Below, in pieces: positions 40,122 to 48,273 of a stretch of DNA of 64,000 nucleotides. The position numbers were made by a program, and so were the translations under genes. Under the pieces are notes generated by a model that saw only the letters and a program-made list of their open reading frames with translations, was not told the DNA's origin and made no database searches. Positions within the stretch are counted from its first letter, which is position 1. Every line of letters starts with the position of its first letter. The stretch comes from an uncultured virus (IMG/VR IMGVR_UViG_3300030060_001311) (lineage: Duplodnaviria; Heunggongvirae; Uroviricota; Caudoviricetes): positions 1-64,000 of the IMG/VR virus record IMGVR_UViG_3300030060_001311; one strand, written 5' to 3'.

Positions 40122-40733
40122 TTAATAACTAAAGTTTAATAAATCGGCAATATCAACTCTTTCGGTTAAGTATCGCATCGCTGATTCTAGATGATCTCCT
40201 TCAGGATTATCGTATACAAAATGCCTAATATTAGCAGTCGTATCTTGATCATGAATTGAAATAATAATATGTATAACCTCATCATCGTTAGCTAAAAACT
40301 TATCGTAAGCTTCTTTCCAATGATCATCTTTATAAGTTTCTTTCATAAACTGTATAAACATTTTCTGTAACTTTCCAATCTCAAACTTTTTAAACTGTTT
40401 CGAAGTTAAAGTTAACATTCCGCTACCTATAGTTTCGTCTTCTTGCCAGTCGGTGTAGATGTATTCATGTTCATCTACTGGTCTCGACACAGCAGTTTTA
40501 TCCCAACTTTCGGTATTAAATACTGGATATAAATCAAAATAATATCTCGGCTCCACTACTATATTATGGTTAATATAACTATTAGTGGCTCTATACCAAT
40601 CATCTTTGATTTCTATCTTACTTCCAGCTAACCAAATGTTATGTTTGGTCATCTGTATAAATTCAGGATCACCCGCTGCTTTCAACAGTTTGTTAATCCT
40701 GGTAACATTTTCTTTTATTAGTTTTTCTAACAT
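40122..40733 (-). CDS. Early hypothetical protein
   Basis: 203 aa; AAGGAG RBS. Confidence 0.6.
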   Translation of the reverse strand: MLEKLIKENVTRINKLLKAAGDPEFIQMTKHNIWLAGSKIEIKDDWYRATNSYINHNIVVEPRYYFDLYPVFNTESWDKTAVSRPVDEHEYIYTDWQEDETIGSGMLTLTSKQFKKFEIGKLQKMFIQFMKETYKDDHWKEAYDKFLANDDEVIHIIISIHDQDTTANIRHFVYDNPEGDHLESAMRYLTERVDIADLLNFSY

Positions 40734-40746
40734 TTCTTTCTCCTTT

Positions 40747-41151
40747 TTATTTATAAGTTATCGTTAACGGTCTTCTCGTAATACTCCATGCACTGTAATT
40801 TTGCATGTCTCGTATATGCTCAGACACAATCGTATAAGCGTAATCTTTGTAAACAAATATCTTTACATCACAATCCCAAGTAGTTTTGTCAGTGTAGTTA
40901 TCAAGTGAAACATTTGTTTCGGTTTTTTCAAACGTTATCGTTTCGCTCTCCTTATACTCAGTGAGATCTTCAAGATCTTCTGTATCAAATAACGCTGCTT
41001 CATTACCGTAAAAGTCTTTCGTAAAGGTACATATTTCAGTTTGCATCGGGCAATTCGTCTTTTCCCAATGGTCAGTGTTATGTACACAATCTAACCAGTT
41101 ATCAAACTGGTCTTGATGTTTTCTATATTCTTCGTAAGTTATTCTATTCAT
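40747..41151 (-). CDS. Early hypothetical protein
   Basis: 134 aa; AGAAAGGAGAAA RBS; promoter at ~41210-41244. Confidence 0.6.
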   Translation of the reverse strand: MNRITYEEYRKHQDQFDNWLDCVHNTDHWEKTNCPMQTEICTFTKDFYGNEAALFDTEDLEDLTEYKESETITFEKTETNVSLDNYTDKTTWDCDVKIFVYKDYAYTIVSEHIRDMQNYSAWSITRRPLTITYK

Positions 41152-41331
41152 ACTATTTCTCCTTTCTTTGTAGTTAAAATCGCTAAAACCTTTTTAGCGT
41201 ATAGGTATATTATAACCGCGATTTTACACGCGATTAAAAGCAGTATTCGAGCCTTCGATTCGCCCGACTGCTCACAACCGAACATAAAAAACCCCCGCAT
41301 AAGCGAGGGCAACGCTCGAGGGAGTCGAGCC

Positions 41332-41886
41332 TTAATTAAGTTCCCAACCATGATCATAGAGTAGATCATCAATCATTTCATTAAGGTAAGTTAAACCTAG
41401 ACGTTGAGTGATATGACAAAGACCGTCACCAAGATAACTAGTAATTTGATCGCAATCATTAGAAAGCTCGAAACCACTATCACACATATAATAACGATGA
41501 TCCATACAAAAGTAGACCGTTTGATCAGCAGACTCTTCCCAAGTACGGATAAACTCGATATCACCTTGTTCACCACGATCACATAGAACATCAACGACGC
41601 CACTACTTAACGAAGCACGAACTTCGGGAGTTATTTCTAACAATAGAGCCGCTCCAGTTTCTTCACCGAACTGAGCATAGATAGCATTGATAGGACCGTC
41701 GAAATCTTCGGGATTATATTTGTTATCTTTTATATAATCAATCACTCCACTTTGCTCATATAAATCCTCGGGACTAAATGCAAAGTACTCTAATCGAATA
41801 AATTGATTATGTACTCGTTTAATCTCCTGGATCACTGGCTGAGCTTTATCTACAAAAGCTCTCATTGTATCTTTAGTTTTATGCAT
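41332..41886 (-). CDS. Early hypothetical protein
   Basis: Start revised to MHKTKD, 2 nt after upstream stop. Confidence 0.55.
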   Translation of the reverse strand: MHKTKDTMRAFVDKAQPVIQEIKRVHNQFIRLEYFAFSPEDLYEQSGVIDYIKDNKYNPEDFDGPINAIYAQFGEETGAALLLEITPEVRASLSSGVVDVLCDRGEQGDIEFIRTWEESADQTVYFCMDHRYYMCDSGFELSNDCDQITSYLGDGLCHITQRLGLTYLNEMIDDLLYDHGWELN

Positions 41887-41888
41887 GA

Positions 41889-42158
41889 TTATGCCCACGC
41901 TGATTCGTAATAAGCGTCTTCTGACATCAAACACTCTTCATACTCTAATTCTACTACGGTAGAATCATTCTCAGGGTATCTAGTATGTAACTTGATCCCT
42001 GCTTCTGCTGCTGTATAACCGTCATAGTAATCGTTGACATACTTTCCGTAGTAAGTCGCGGTTACTCGTGTTGACGATGCGTCACAAGGTAATCCTGCTT
42101 TCGCATCTCTAATGCCTTGGTTATAAGCATCAATCTCTTCTTTAGTTAATATTCTCAT
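41889..42158 (-). CDS. Early hypothetical protein
   Basis: AYNQG..DA...Y.DGY; AGAAAGGAGAAA RBS. Confidence 0.6.
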   Translation of the reverse strand: MRILTKEEIDAYNQGIRDAKAGLPCDASSTRVTATYYGKYVNDYYDGYTAAEAGIKLHTRYPENDSTVVELEYEECLMSEDAYYESAWA

Positions 42159-42308
42159 ATCTTTCTCCTTTCTTAGTTAATCGCTAAAAAGTTATTTTTT
42201 AACTATATATAGTATAGCTAGGATTTAGCGGAAATAAAGCAACGTACGACGCTATTACTAAAACGACTAAACCGAACAAAAAGAATAATAACATATTGTC
42301 TGGGTCTC

Positions 42309-42614
42309 TCATTTGTTCACCTTCTCTAATATTCCGTCACCTAAGTAATAATAAATCGTTTGAGTTTGTAGATCGATTGCTTCTATATCACAACCTTCCC
42401 ATTGTAATAATATGGGATCGTCCGTTAGTGCGTCAGCTTGATAACCATGTCTATCAAAATTAAGTAATCCGAGTTGGTTATCAATCACGTTACACCACAA
42501 CTCTGCATAAAGCTGTTCTACTTTTTGAAATGCTGATAGTGTTCCTTTAAACATAAGTATCGGTTTGCCTCCATTAGTGCTCAAATAAAAATTGTAAATT
42601 GTATCTTCTTTCAT
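42309..42614 (-). CDS. Early hypothetical protein
   Basis: ATGA-coupled ORF. Confidence 0.55.
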   Translation of the reverse strand: MKEDTIYNFYLSTNGGKPILMFKGTLSAFQKVEQLYAELWCNVIDNQLGLLNFDRHGYQADALTDDPILLQWEGCDIEAIDLQTQTIYYYLGDGILEKVNK

Positions 42615-42913
42615 ACTGCCCTGCTATTGATATTGTATAAATCGACAGTCCCTGTATAGACTGTACCACCGTCGTGGACTGGTTTTGCCTCAACATCTTC
42701 CTGGACTACAAATTTCCAATCACCGTGGTTATAGATTCGTATTATAAGATCACAAATACCACCGAAGCCATAATCGATACGACCAGCATTTATAATACCA
42801 ACAGGCGATAGATGGGTAGCGAGTACACTCAAAGCCATTCCGCCATCCTCACCAACTAATCGACGTTCGTTTTTATTCAACATATCGATAATTTCTTTTA
42901 GTTCTTTTTCCAT
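42611..42913 (-). CDS. Early hypothetical protein
   Basis: AGAAAGGAGAAA RBS; own promoter. Confidence 0.6.
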   Translation of the reverse strand: MEKELKEIIDMLNKNERRLVGEDGGMALSVLATHLSPVGIINAGRIDYGFGGICDLIIRIYNHGDWKFVVQEDVEAKPVHDGGTVYTGTVDLYNINSRAV

Positions 42914-43002
42914 TGCTTTCTCCTTTCTAAATAATGGTTAGTTTTTAACTATATATAGTATAACCGCGACCAAGCCGAATTAAAGCAGTAATAGAGTTAA
43001 AA

Positions 43003-43278
43003 TCACACATACTCCTTTACAAGTTCTAAATGTTCTTTGGTGATAGAGCTAACCTTTCCGATATATGCTGTCACATCGCCAATCCAATACTCCTCTGTAT
43101 GTGCTCGTCGATAAGCCACACGATCGGTATCTTCTAACTCGGTTCCAAAGAAATCGTAGAGTAAATCTTTATCTGTTAAATTACCGTTTTCATAATCTTC
43201 GTAATGATGATCCATGTAATCCCACTCGGTATACTCACGCTCACCGTCTTGTATTTCTATTGTATAAATAATCGCCAT
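43003..43278 (-). CDS. Early hypothetical protein
   Basis: GGAGG RBS; acidic 91 aa. Confidence 0.55.
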   Translation of the reverse strand: MAIIYTIEIQDGEREYTEWDYMDHHYEDYENGNLTDKDLLYDFFGTELEDTDRVAYRRAHTEEYWIGDVTAYIGKVSSITKEHLELVKEYV

Positions 43279-43280
43279 AG

Positions 43281-43475
43281 CTACCTCCCGATAGTCTCTA
43301 AATCGTTTTCAGTTATATATTGATAAGCTCCTTTGTTATACGCTGGAGCAATCTGTTTTTTACGCTGTTCAGTTAATCTATTGGCTGCGGCTTCACCACA
43401 ACCTAAACAAGTCATATAGCCAAGGCTTCTTCGTCCTTGGCTAATAGGTTCGTCACATAGAGTACAGTCGGTCAT
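43281..43475 (-). CDS. Small C4 zinc-finger protein (DksA/TraR-like finger)
   Basis: CTLC.EPI...R...GY.TCL.C; YNKGAYQ. Confidence 0.55.
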   Translation of the reverse strand: MTDCTLCDEPISQGRRSLGYMTCLGCGEAAANRLTEQRKKQIAPAYNKGAYQYITENDLETIGR

Positions 43476-43633
43476 GGTGAACCGCTCTCAAGTTTCTTTA
43501 TAAACCATCTGAACTCAGCGTCTGTTAGTTCTTCTCGAACTACTTTCAACACCGCGTTGATCTTATCGAAGTCAATATTCGGATAAGGGTCAGCAGCCAT
43601 CACTCCTGCAACTAGGTTATTGTCATCACTCAT
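43472..43633 (-). CDS. Small hypothetical protein (53 aa), not in ORF track
   Basis: MSDDNNLVAG...ESGSP*; AAGGAG RBS, ATGA overlap. Confidence 0.55.
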   Translation of the reverse strand: MSDDNNLVAGVMAADPYPNIDFDKINAVLKVVREELTDAEFRWFIKKLESGSP

Positions 43634-43705
43634 AGTAAATCTCCTTAGTTATTTTTTACTATATATAGTATAAAGCCGAGTATAGCGAATAAAAGCAGCC
43701 TTGCA

Positions 43706-44143
43706 CTACCACCAGCACAACATTACCGCACCACGCTCACTCGCACAACGTAATAACAATTCAAGGTCTTTGACTTCTTGATAATTATATTCATACGGTG
43801 AAGCATGATGTGTTTGATAAATAATAGTTTCAGGCAATAGAGTACGTTCTTCTTCTTTAGCGTCTGATTCAATCGCATGTAATAAATCAGCTAGAGCTTG
43901 AGCTTGTTCTTTTAACTCTTGAGCTGTAATATGAGCGTCTTCGCCATCGATATGCCAAATACAATCTTCTTGCATTAATTCATCTACTAAAGGTTCATAA
44001 TACTTACCTCGAAACGATCCGTCGGCACCATAACCACTCAGCATACCACCGCATAAATTAATATCTTTAATACGTGGTTCGTCTTCGTGCGTAAAATCTT
44101 TTTCGCGGTCATTACCGTGTACAACATAACAATCTAATCCCAT
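43706..44143 (-). CDS. Early hypothetical protein
   Basis: MGLD start; SFRGK.Y. Confidence 0.6.
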   Translation of the reverse strand: MGLDCYVVHGNDREKDFTHEDEPRIKDINLCGGMLSGYGADGSFRGKYYEPLVDELMQEDCIWHIDGEDAHITAQELKEQAQALADLLHAIESDAKEEERTLLPETIIYQTHHASPYEYNYQEVKDLELLLRCASERGAVMLCWW

Positions 44144-44532
44144 TAGTGCACCTCCTTTTCATCTGGTATTGGTATAAACTTCATATAAGGTTCTTCGACA
44201 TGATCTTCAGGCATCCACTCGATAGTTTCTATATAACTATCTAAAGTACCATCATAATCAAAACTAATAGTCTCACCATCTTCATCATAACCAACAACAA
44301 TGGCTCGACCTGCTAATGGCTGATGATACTCTGATAATTTAAAATATCGCATATCGTTTTTAAGTAATCCTTCATCGTCAACAATGACCATCGTATTATC
44401 AGTTAATGTAACAATATCAATAGGTCCATCAAGTTGCATAAAAAACTTAGCATCTTTAAGAGTAGAATTATCACCTAATCCTACTCTTGTAACACTTTTC
44501 TCGAACGGGTCGATAAGTAGTCCGTGTATCAT
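44143..44532 (-). CDS. DUF3846-like protein
   Basis: LIDP, VDDEGL, PLAG.AIVVG.D.DGE. Confidence 0.6.
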   Translation of the reverse strand: MIHGLLIDPFEKSVTRVGLGDNSTLKDAKFFMQLDGPIDIVTLTDNTMVIVDDEGLLKNDMRYFKLSEYHQPLAGRAIVVGYDEDGETISFDYDGTLDSYIETIEWMPEDHVEEPYMKFIPIPDEKEVH

Positions 44533-44861
44533 TGTGCGTACACATCCACGTCAGCTCGGAAATCTGTATTTCTAATTTCCGTTGAGACAATTTCTTCGAT
44601 CTGTTCTTCAGTCCACATAGTACTTTCTATTTTATCGATACGAGCAGTTAACTCTGATAGTAAGTTTAGTACATGCTGCTCAGCTCCTTTTTCTAAATCA
44701 GCAGGATCGATTATTCGAGGTTGTAAGCTATCTAAGACGTTAGCAATCTCGTGTAATGATCTTATCAAATCTGAGTTGAAGTCGTTTGCATAAGACTGTT
44801 CTAAAAGACTGACGTTAGTTTTAAGGTCAGCCACCTGTTGTTGGATTTTTTCCATATCCAT
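44529..44861 (-). CDS. Early hypothetical coiled-coil protein
   Basis: AGAAAGGAGAAA RBS; own promoter. Confidence 0.55.
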   Translation of the reverse strand: MDMEKIQQQVADLKTNVSLLEQSYANDFNSDLIRSLHEIANVLDSLQPRIIDPADLEKGAEQHVLNLLSELTARIDKIESTMWTEEQIEEIVSTEIRNTDFRADVDVYAQ

Positions 44862-44965
44862 ATCTTTCTCCTTTCTAGTTAATGTTATTAAACCTATTTA
44901 ATAACTAATACCATTATGCCTAAGACTACCGCGAAGTAAAGCAGTAGTAGAGGGCAAGATTAGGG

Positions 44966-45157
44966 TTGGAATCAAGTAAGTCACGGTCGTCTCTCGACTG
45001 GTATATTTTTAAATTAATACACAGCCTGATTTGATAGGTCCTGTGCAACCATTGTGGTGGTTGCTTTTACAGTCCACACTACAAGTCATGTGTAAACCTT
45101 TTCAAACACAAAATACAACTCCTCCACACAGGAGTAAATATTTCTTTCTGATTCCAA
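44966..45157 (-). ncRNA. Candidate structured ncRNA (~190 nt, multi-hairpin, two possible pseudoknots)
   Basis: 10-bp closing stem and six internal hairpins in an intergenic gap; G-U pairs favour minus strand. Confidence 0.6.
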
Positions 45158-45166
45158 AATTAAACT

Positions 45167-45505
45167 TTATACTTGAAAATGTTTTATATCTTTGTCTTTT
45201 TTCCATAATCCATCTTCTAATTTACCTGTTCGTTGAGATATCTCATCGTAAGCAGCTTTCATGCAATCCTCAAGCGTTAAACCTTTTTGTTCAGCTAAAA
45301 CGATCAAACATACAACACAATCTCCTATGCCGTCTATTAATCCTTGTTTATCACCGTAAGCAAGTGCTCGAGCTGTTTCACCAACTTCTTCTACAAGTTT
45401 CAACATCTGTTTTTCAGGCTGTATATCTTTTCCGTAGATTAATCCACGTACTTCCGCCCACTCAACGATATCATCAACTACTTTATAATAATCATTCCGA
45501 TTCAT
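45167..45505 (-). CDS. mazG: MazG-like NTP pyrophosphohydrolase
   Basis: KL.EEVGE...DGIGD; AYDEI..RTG. Confidence 0.8.
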   Translation of the reverse strand: MNRNDYYKVVDDIVEWAEVRGLIYGKDIQPEKQMLKLVEEVGETARALAYGDKQGLIDGIGDCVVCLIVLAEQKGLTLEDCMKAAYDEISQRTGKLEDGLWKKDKDIKHFQV

Positions 45506-45743
45506 CTAATACATCTCCCCAACTTTTTGGCGGCTCAGACGGTGGCATAGTTAATTCGAACGATAGTTCTTTTTTATCCATCATTCTACGTAGAGCTTCG
45601 TGTACGTGAAACATTTCTAATCTAAAGTTTTCGCCTTTAGGTACTTTAAATGCTATTTTGATAGTCGCAATCGGATAATCTTGCGACTCATCTAAATACG
45701 ACATTCTATAACCTACAGCACCCATCATACTAAAATCACTCAT
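45492..45743 (-). CDS. Hypothetical protein
   Basis: 83-aa ORF; GAGG RBS. Confidence 0.55.
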   Translation of the reverse strand: MSDFSMMGAVGYRMSYLDESQDYPIATIKIAFKVPKGENFRLEMFHVHEALRRMMDKKELSFELTMPPSEPPKSWGDVLDESE

Positions 45744-45909
45744 CTTTACCTCTCAAGTCTATTGTAACTATTTTACCGCTTTGATATTTAAGCTGACGAT
45801 AATGTGATGTCTCGCTTTTTTGATAGTAATAAGATATCAATTTATTATTAGCTTCTTCCTCTGCAATTTTTTTGCGTTGTTGCTCAACGACTGCCTTATG
45901 TTGTGTCAT
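45736..45909 (-). CDS. Small hypothetical protein (57 aa), not in ORF track
   Basis: MTQHKAVVEQQRKK...DLRGKDE*; GGAGG RBS. Confidence 0.55.
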   Translation of the reverse strand: MTQHKAVVEQQRKKIAEEEANNKLISYYYQKSETSHYRQLKYQSGKIVTIDLRGKDE

Positions 45910-45918
45910 AAGTCCTCC

Positions 45919-46173
45919 TTACTTTTTTAGTTCATCGTCGCGTTCTTTATTAAAACGGTCAATCATATTTTGGAATATATCATTAACACCTGCACTTTCG
46001 TTAGTCTTGACTACGTTAGCTTCGACTTCGAGTTTTTTAATACGTTGTATCAACAATTTATTCACATTGAGCTGTTCTTGCATAAACTCTTGTGTTTTAC
46101 GTTGCGTATCAACTAATAAATCGAGACTTTTAGTAACCGTATCGATCATTTGTAGTATTTCATTCTTTTCCAT
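45919..46173 (-). CDS. Small coiled-coil protein
   Basis: AGAAAGGAGAAA RBS. Confidence 0.55.
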   Translation of the reverse strand: MEKNEILQMIDTVTKSLDLLVDTQRKTQEFMQEQLNVNKLLIQRIKKLEVEANVVKTNESAGVNDIFQNMIDRFNKERDDELKK

Positions 46174-46207
46174 TTATTTCTCCTTTCTTATTAATAAACT
46201 GTTAAGG

Positions 46208-46473
46208 TGTGGTGACGAGAGGAACTCGGTTTCCGCATATACCTCCGTTCATCCTAACCGACTCTAAAGTACTGGCTTTCATAAGGATCGGGACATCACC
46301 ACATTGAAGGTCTAGTAGTTTTGAGTCACTTCTCGGGATAACCTTCTCGCACCCGATGGCTGACTTTTGTGCCAGAGAGATGAGCGGTCTAACTAAAAAA
46401 CCCCGCTCGGAATCATTATTTAATGGAGTAACTATATGACTCTCTCTTTCTGGGCTTATCAAACTTGTTCTAG
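46208..46473 (-). ncRNA. Candidate structured RNA (~270 nt, two multibranch domains) directly behind a promoter
   Basis: Nested stems 46208-17/46294-303, 46251-55/46284-88, 46324-28/46361-65, 46333-37/46352-56, 46372-76/46449-53, 46382-87/46403-08. Confidence 0.5.
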
Positions 46474-46486
46474 TAAACATACTTAT

Positions 46487-46521
46487 ATTATAAAGTACGA
46501 AAATTAGCAAAGTAAAGCACT
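46487..46521 (-). promoter_or_regulatory. Early-type promoter
   Basis: AGTGCTTTACT-N18-TATAAT. Confidence 0.75.
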
Positions 46522-46522
46522 A

Positions 46523-46726
46523 TTAAGAACCTTCGATTTGTGCCATACATTTTGACCATTCGTCTCGTTTAATTTCTTCGGAATAATTTATATAAAACAA
46601 TCCCTTACATTTTTCAAACTGTTTACGCCAAGCCGCAGGATCATATTTATCATTCCATTCTTTAGTTTCAGGAATATATGTTGTACAGCTTGTGATTATA
46701 AGCATAATTAATAATCGATAAATCAT
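46523..46726 (-). CDS. Small lipoprotein
   Basis: MIYRLLIMLIITSC signal and lipobox. Confidence 0.55.
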   Translation of the reverse strand: MIYRLLIMLIITSCTTYIPETKEWNDKYDPAAWRKQFEKCKGLFYINYSEEIKRDEWSKCMAQIEGS

Positions 46727-47040
46727 AACTCGTCAGCTTCTATATTATCAGGCAACTCTACGCTAGGTAGATTATTATAATCTTCGTACTCCATATCTAA
46801 AAAGAACCTTTCGTTTTGTTCTGGATCTGGTCCAGGAATAACAAACATTGCTCTAACTTCCATACCGTTATGGTCCATTGTAAAAGTTATCGGTAGTTTT
46901 ACTTGATCTAAATCGTAGCCTAATTTGATTAAATCTTTTTTTACTAAATCAATAAGCGGATATCTATTTTTATCTGCTTTTTCTGCTTTTTCTGTAAGAT
47001 TTTCTAATATATCCACGGTTGCATATTTAACTTGTCCCAT
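46723..47040 (-). CDS. Hypothetical protein
   Basis: 105-aa ORF with GGAG RBS. Confidence 0.55.
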   Translation of the reverse strand: MGQVKYATVDILENLTEKAEKADKNRYPLIDLVKKDLIKLGYDLDQVKLPITFTMDHNGMEVRAMFVIPGPDPEQNERFFLDMEYEDYNNLPSVELPDNIEADEL

Positions 47041-47230
47041 CTTTTTCTCCTATAAGATTATCGATTGCTTCATACATGACGTTATGAAATGCTTTTTCAA
47101 AAAATTCAGCGTCTGTATTTTTAATTTCAATAAACGGATCATTTAACATTGCATGTATTACGTGTCGTGCTAAAACTGCTACGTTGGTTTTACAAACAAG
47201 TCCGCTTTTCTTAGTTATTTCTATATCCAT
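47027..47230 (-). CDS. Hypothetical protein
   Basis: 67-aa ORF. Confidence 0.5.
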   Translation of the reverse strand: MDIEITKKSGLVCKTNVAVLARHVIHAMLNDPFIEIKNTDAEFFEKAFHNVMYEAIDNLIGEKDGTS

Positions 47231-47240
47231 AATTTTCCCC

Positions 47241-47280
47241 TAAAAAATAAGTGCACAACGATCATCGCTGTGCACTTAAT
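47241..47280 (-). terminator. Putative terminator
   Basis: UAAGUGCACA/UGUGCACUUA stem plus U tract. Confidence 0.6.
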
Positions 47281-47283
47281 AGA

Positions 47284-47655
47284 TTATACCTTTGCAAAGT
47301 AGCCTTCGTCAACAAGTCTTTTTGCATAAAATCTAAAGATTCTAAGCGGGTCTTGACCTGTAGTCAGATTGCCTTGCTTTACTGCAAGAGATACTAGATC
47401 TTGTGCAGTAAAACTAGCAGAGTCTAATTCGCTCTTTTTAGCTTCACTAACGGTCAAGATCAAGGCTCTCATCTGCGGAGTAAAACCTTTGGCTTCAGGA
47501 ACTTTGCCTATGAACTTATATAAAGTTCTAGAAGCTCCTTTGCCTGTTGAACTAGGCTTCGGGACTGCTGTCACTTTAGCTTTGCTCAAAGGTTTAGTTA
47601 CTGCTTTCGCAGGAACTCTCTTTGCAGAGGTAGGTGTAGATGTTGCTGTTTGCAT
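47284..47655 (-). CDS. Winged-helix-like protein with Lys/Pro/Ala-rich N-tail (paralogue 3)
   Basis: TPQMRALI...FTAQDL...LTTGQDPLRIFRFYAKRL; start revised to MQTATS. Confidence 0.55.
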   Translation of the reverse strand: MQTATSTPTSAKRVPAKAVTKPLSKAKVTAVPKPSSTGKGASRTLYKFIGKVPEAKGFTPQMRALILTVSEAKKSELDSASFTAQDLVSLAVKQGNLTTGQDPLRIFRFYAKRLVDEGYFAKV

Positions 47656-47773
47656 ATCTTTCTCCTTTCTTATGGTTAACAAATTCTAACTTGCGTTAGA
47701 ACAACTTTTATAAGTATGCCTACGAAATACGCGAAAGTAAAGCACTATTACGAGCACCGCATAGGCAGACTGT

Positions 47774-48034
47774 TTACAAGCTACGCCAAACGCGGACGCC
47801 TGAGATTTCGTCTTCTAAACGATATCTTATAACAAACTTCCACTCGGGTTCTTGTTTTTTGCCAAAGCCTCTACTGGCTTGAGCTAAACGATTTTTCATT
47901 CGCTGTGAGTTATCGTCTGCCCTTAGTGGGAAGAAGATAGAGTCTCCTACTTCCATCTTAGCGAATGGATAGCTTGTCTGCGAACGTTGGTCCTCAGGTA
48001 GAGGAATACCTTTTTCTATAATAGGTTCATCCAT
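47774..48034 (-). CDS. Small conserved phage DNA-binding-like protein
   Basis: IEKGIPLP...YPF..MEVGDS...GVRVWR. Confidence 0.6.
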   Translation of the reverse strand: MDEPIIEKGIPLPEDQRSQTSYPFAKMEVGDSIFFPLRADDNSQRMKNRLAQASRGFGKKQEPEWKFVIRYRLEDEISGVRVWRSL

Positions 48035-48273
48035 TAATGTATCTCCTTTTTAGGTTCAGAAAACTTGACTAGATTTTTTTCTTCTAAATAGTTTTTCCAG
48101 AACATTAAAATTAACGATTGATCAGTAATGCCGTGTAGTTCTTCACAGCCTTGAGCGATCATGGTATCACGTATAACGGAAGCCAACTCATCGTTGGCTC
48201 CCTCAAACAGTGCTGACCAGACCATGGCTAAAACTTCACCATCAACTAAATATGATTTAGGGTCTTTCGGCAT
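48034..48273 (-). CDS. Hypothetical protein
   Basis: TAATG-coupled ORF. Confidence 0.55.
   Translation of the reverse strand: MPKDPKSYLVDGEVLAMVWSALFEGANDELASVIRDTMIAQGCEELHGITDQSLILMFWKNYLEEKNLVKFSEPKKEIH

Noticed and set aside
44966..46473. tRNA or tmRNA identity for the structured regions
   Set aside because: No cloverleaf with a GTTCRA T-loop and CCA end recognised; no tRNA seen elsewhere by eye (tRNAscan/ARAGORN not run)
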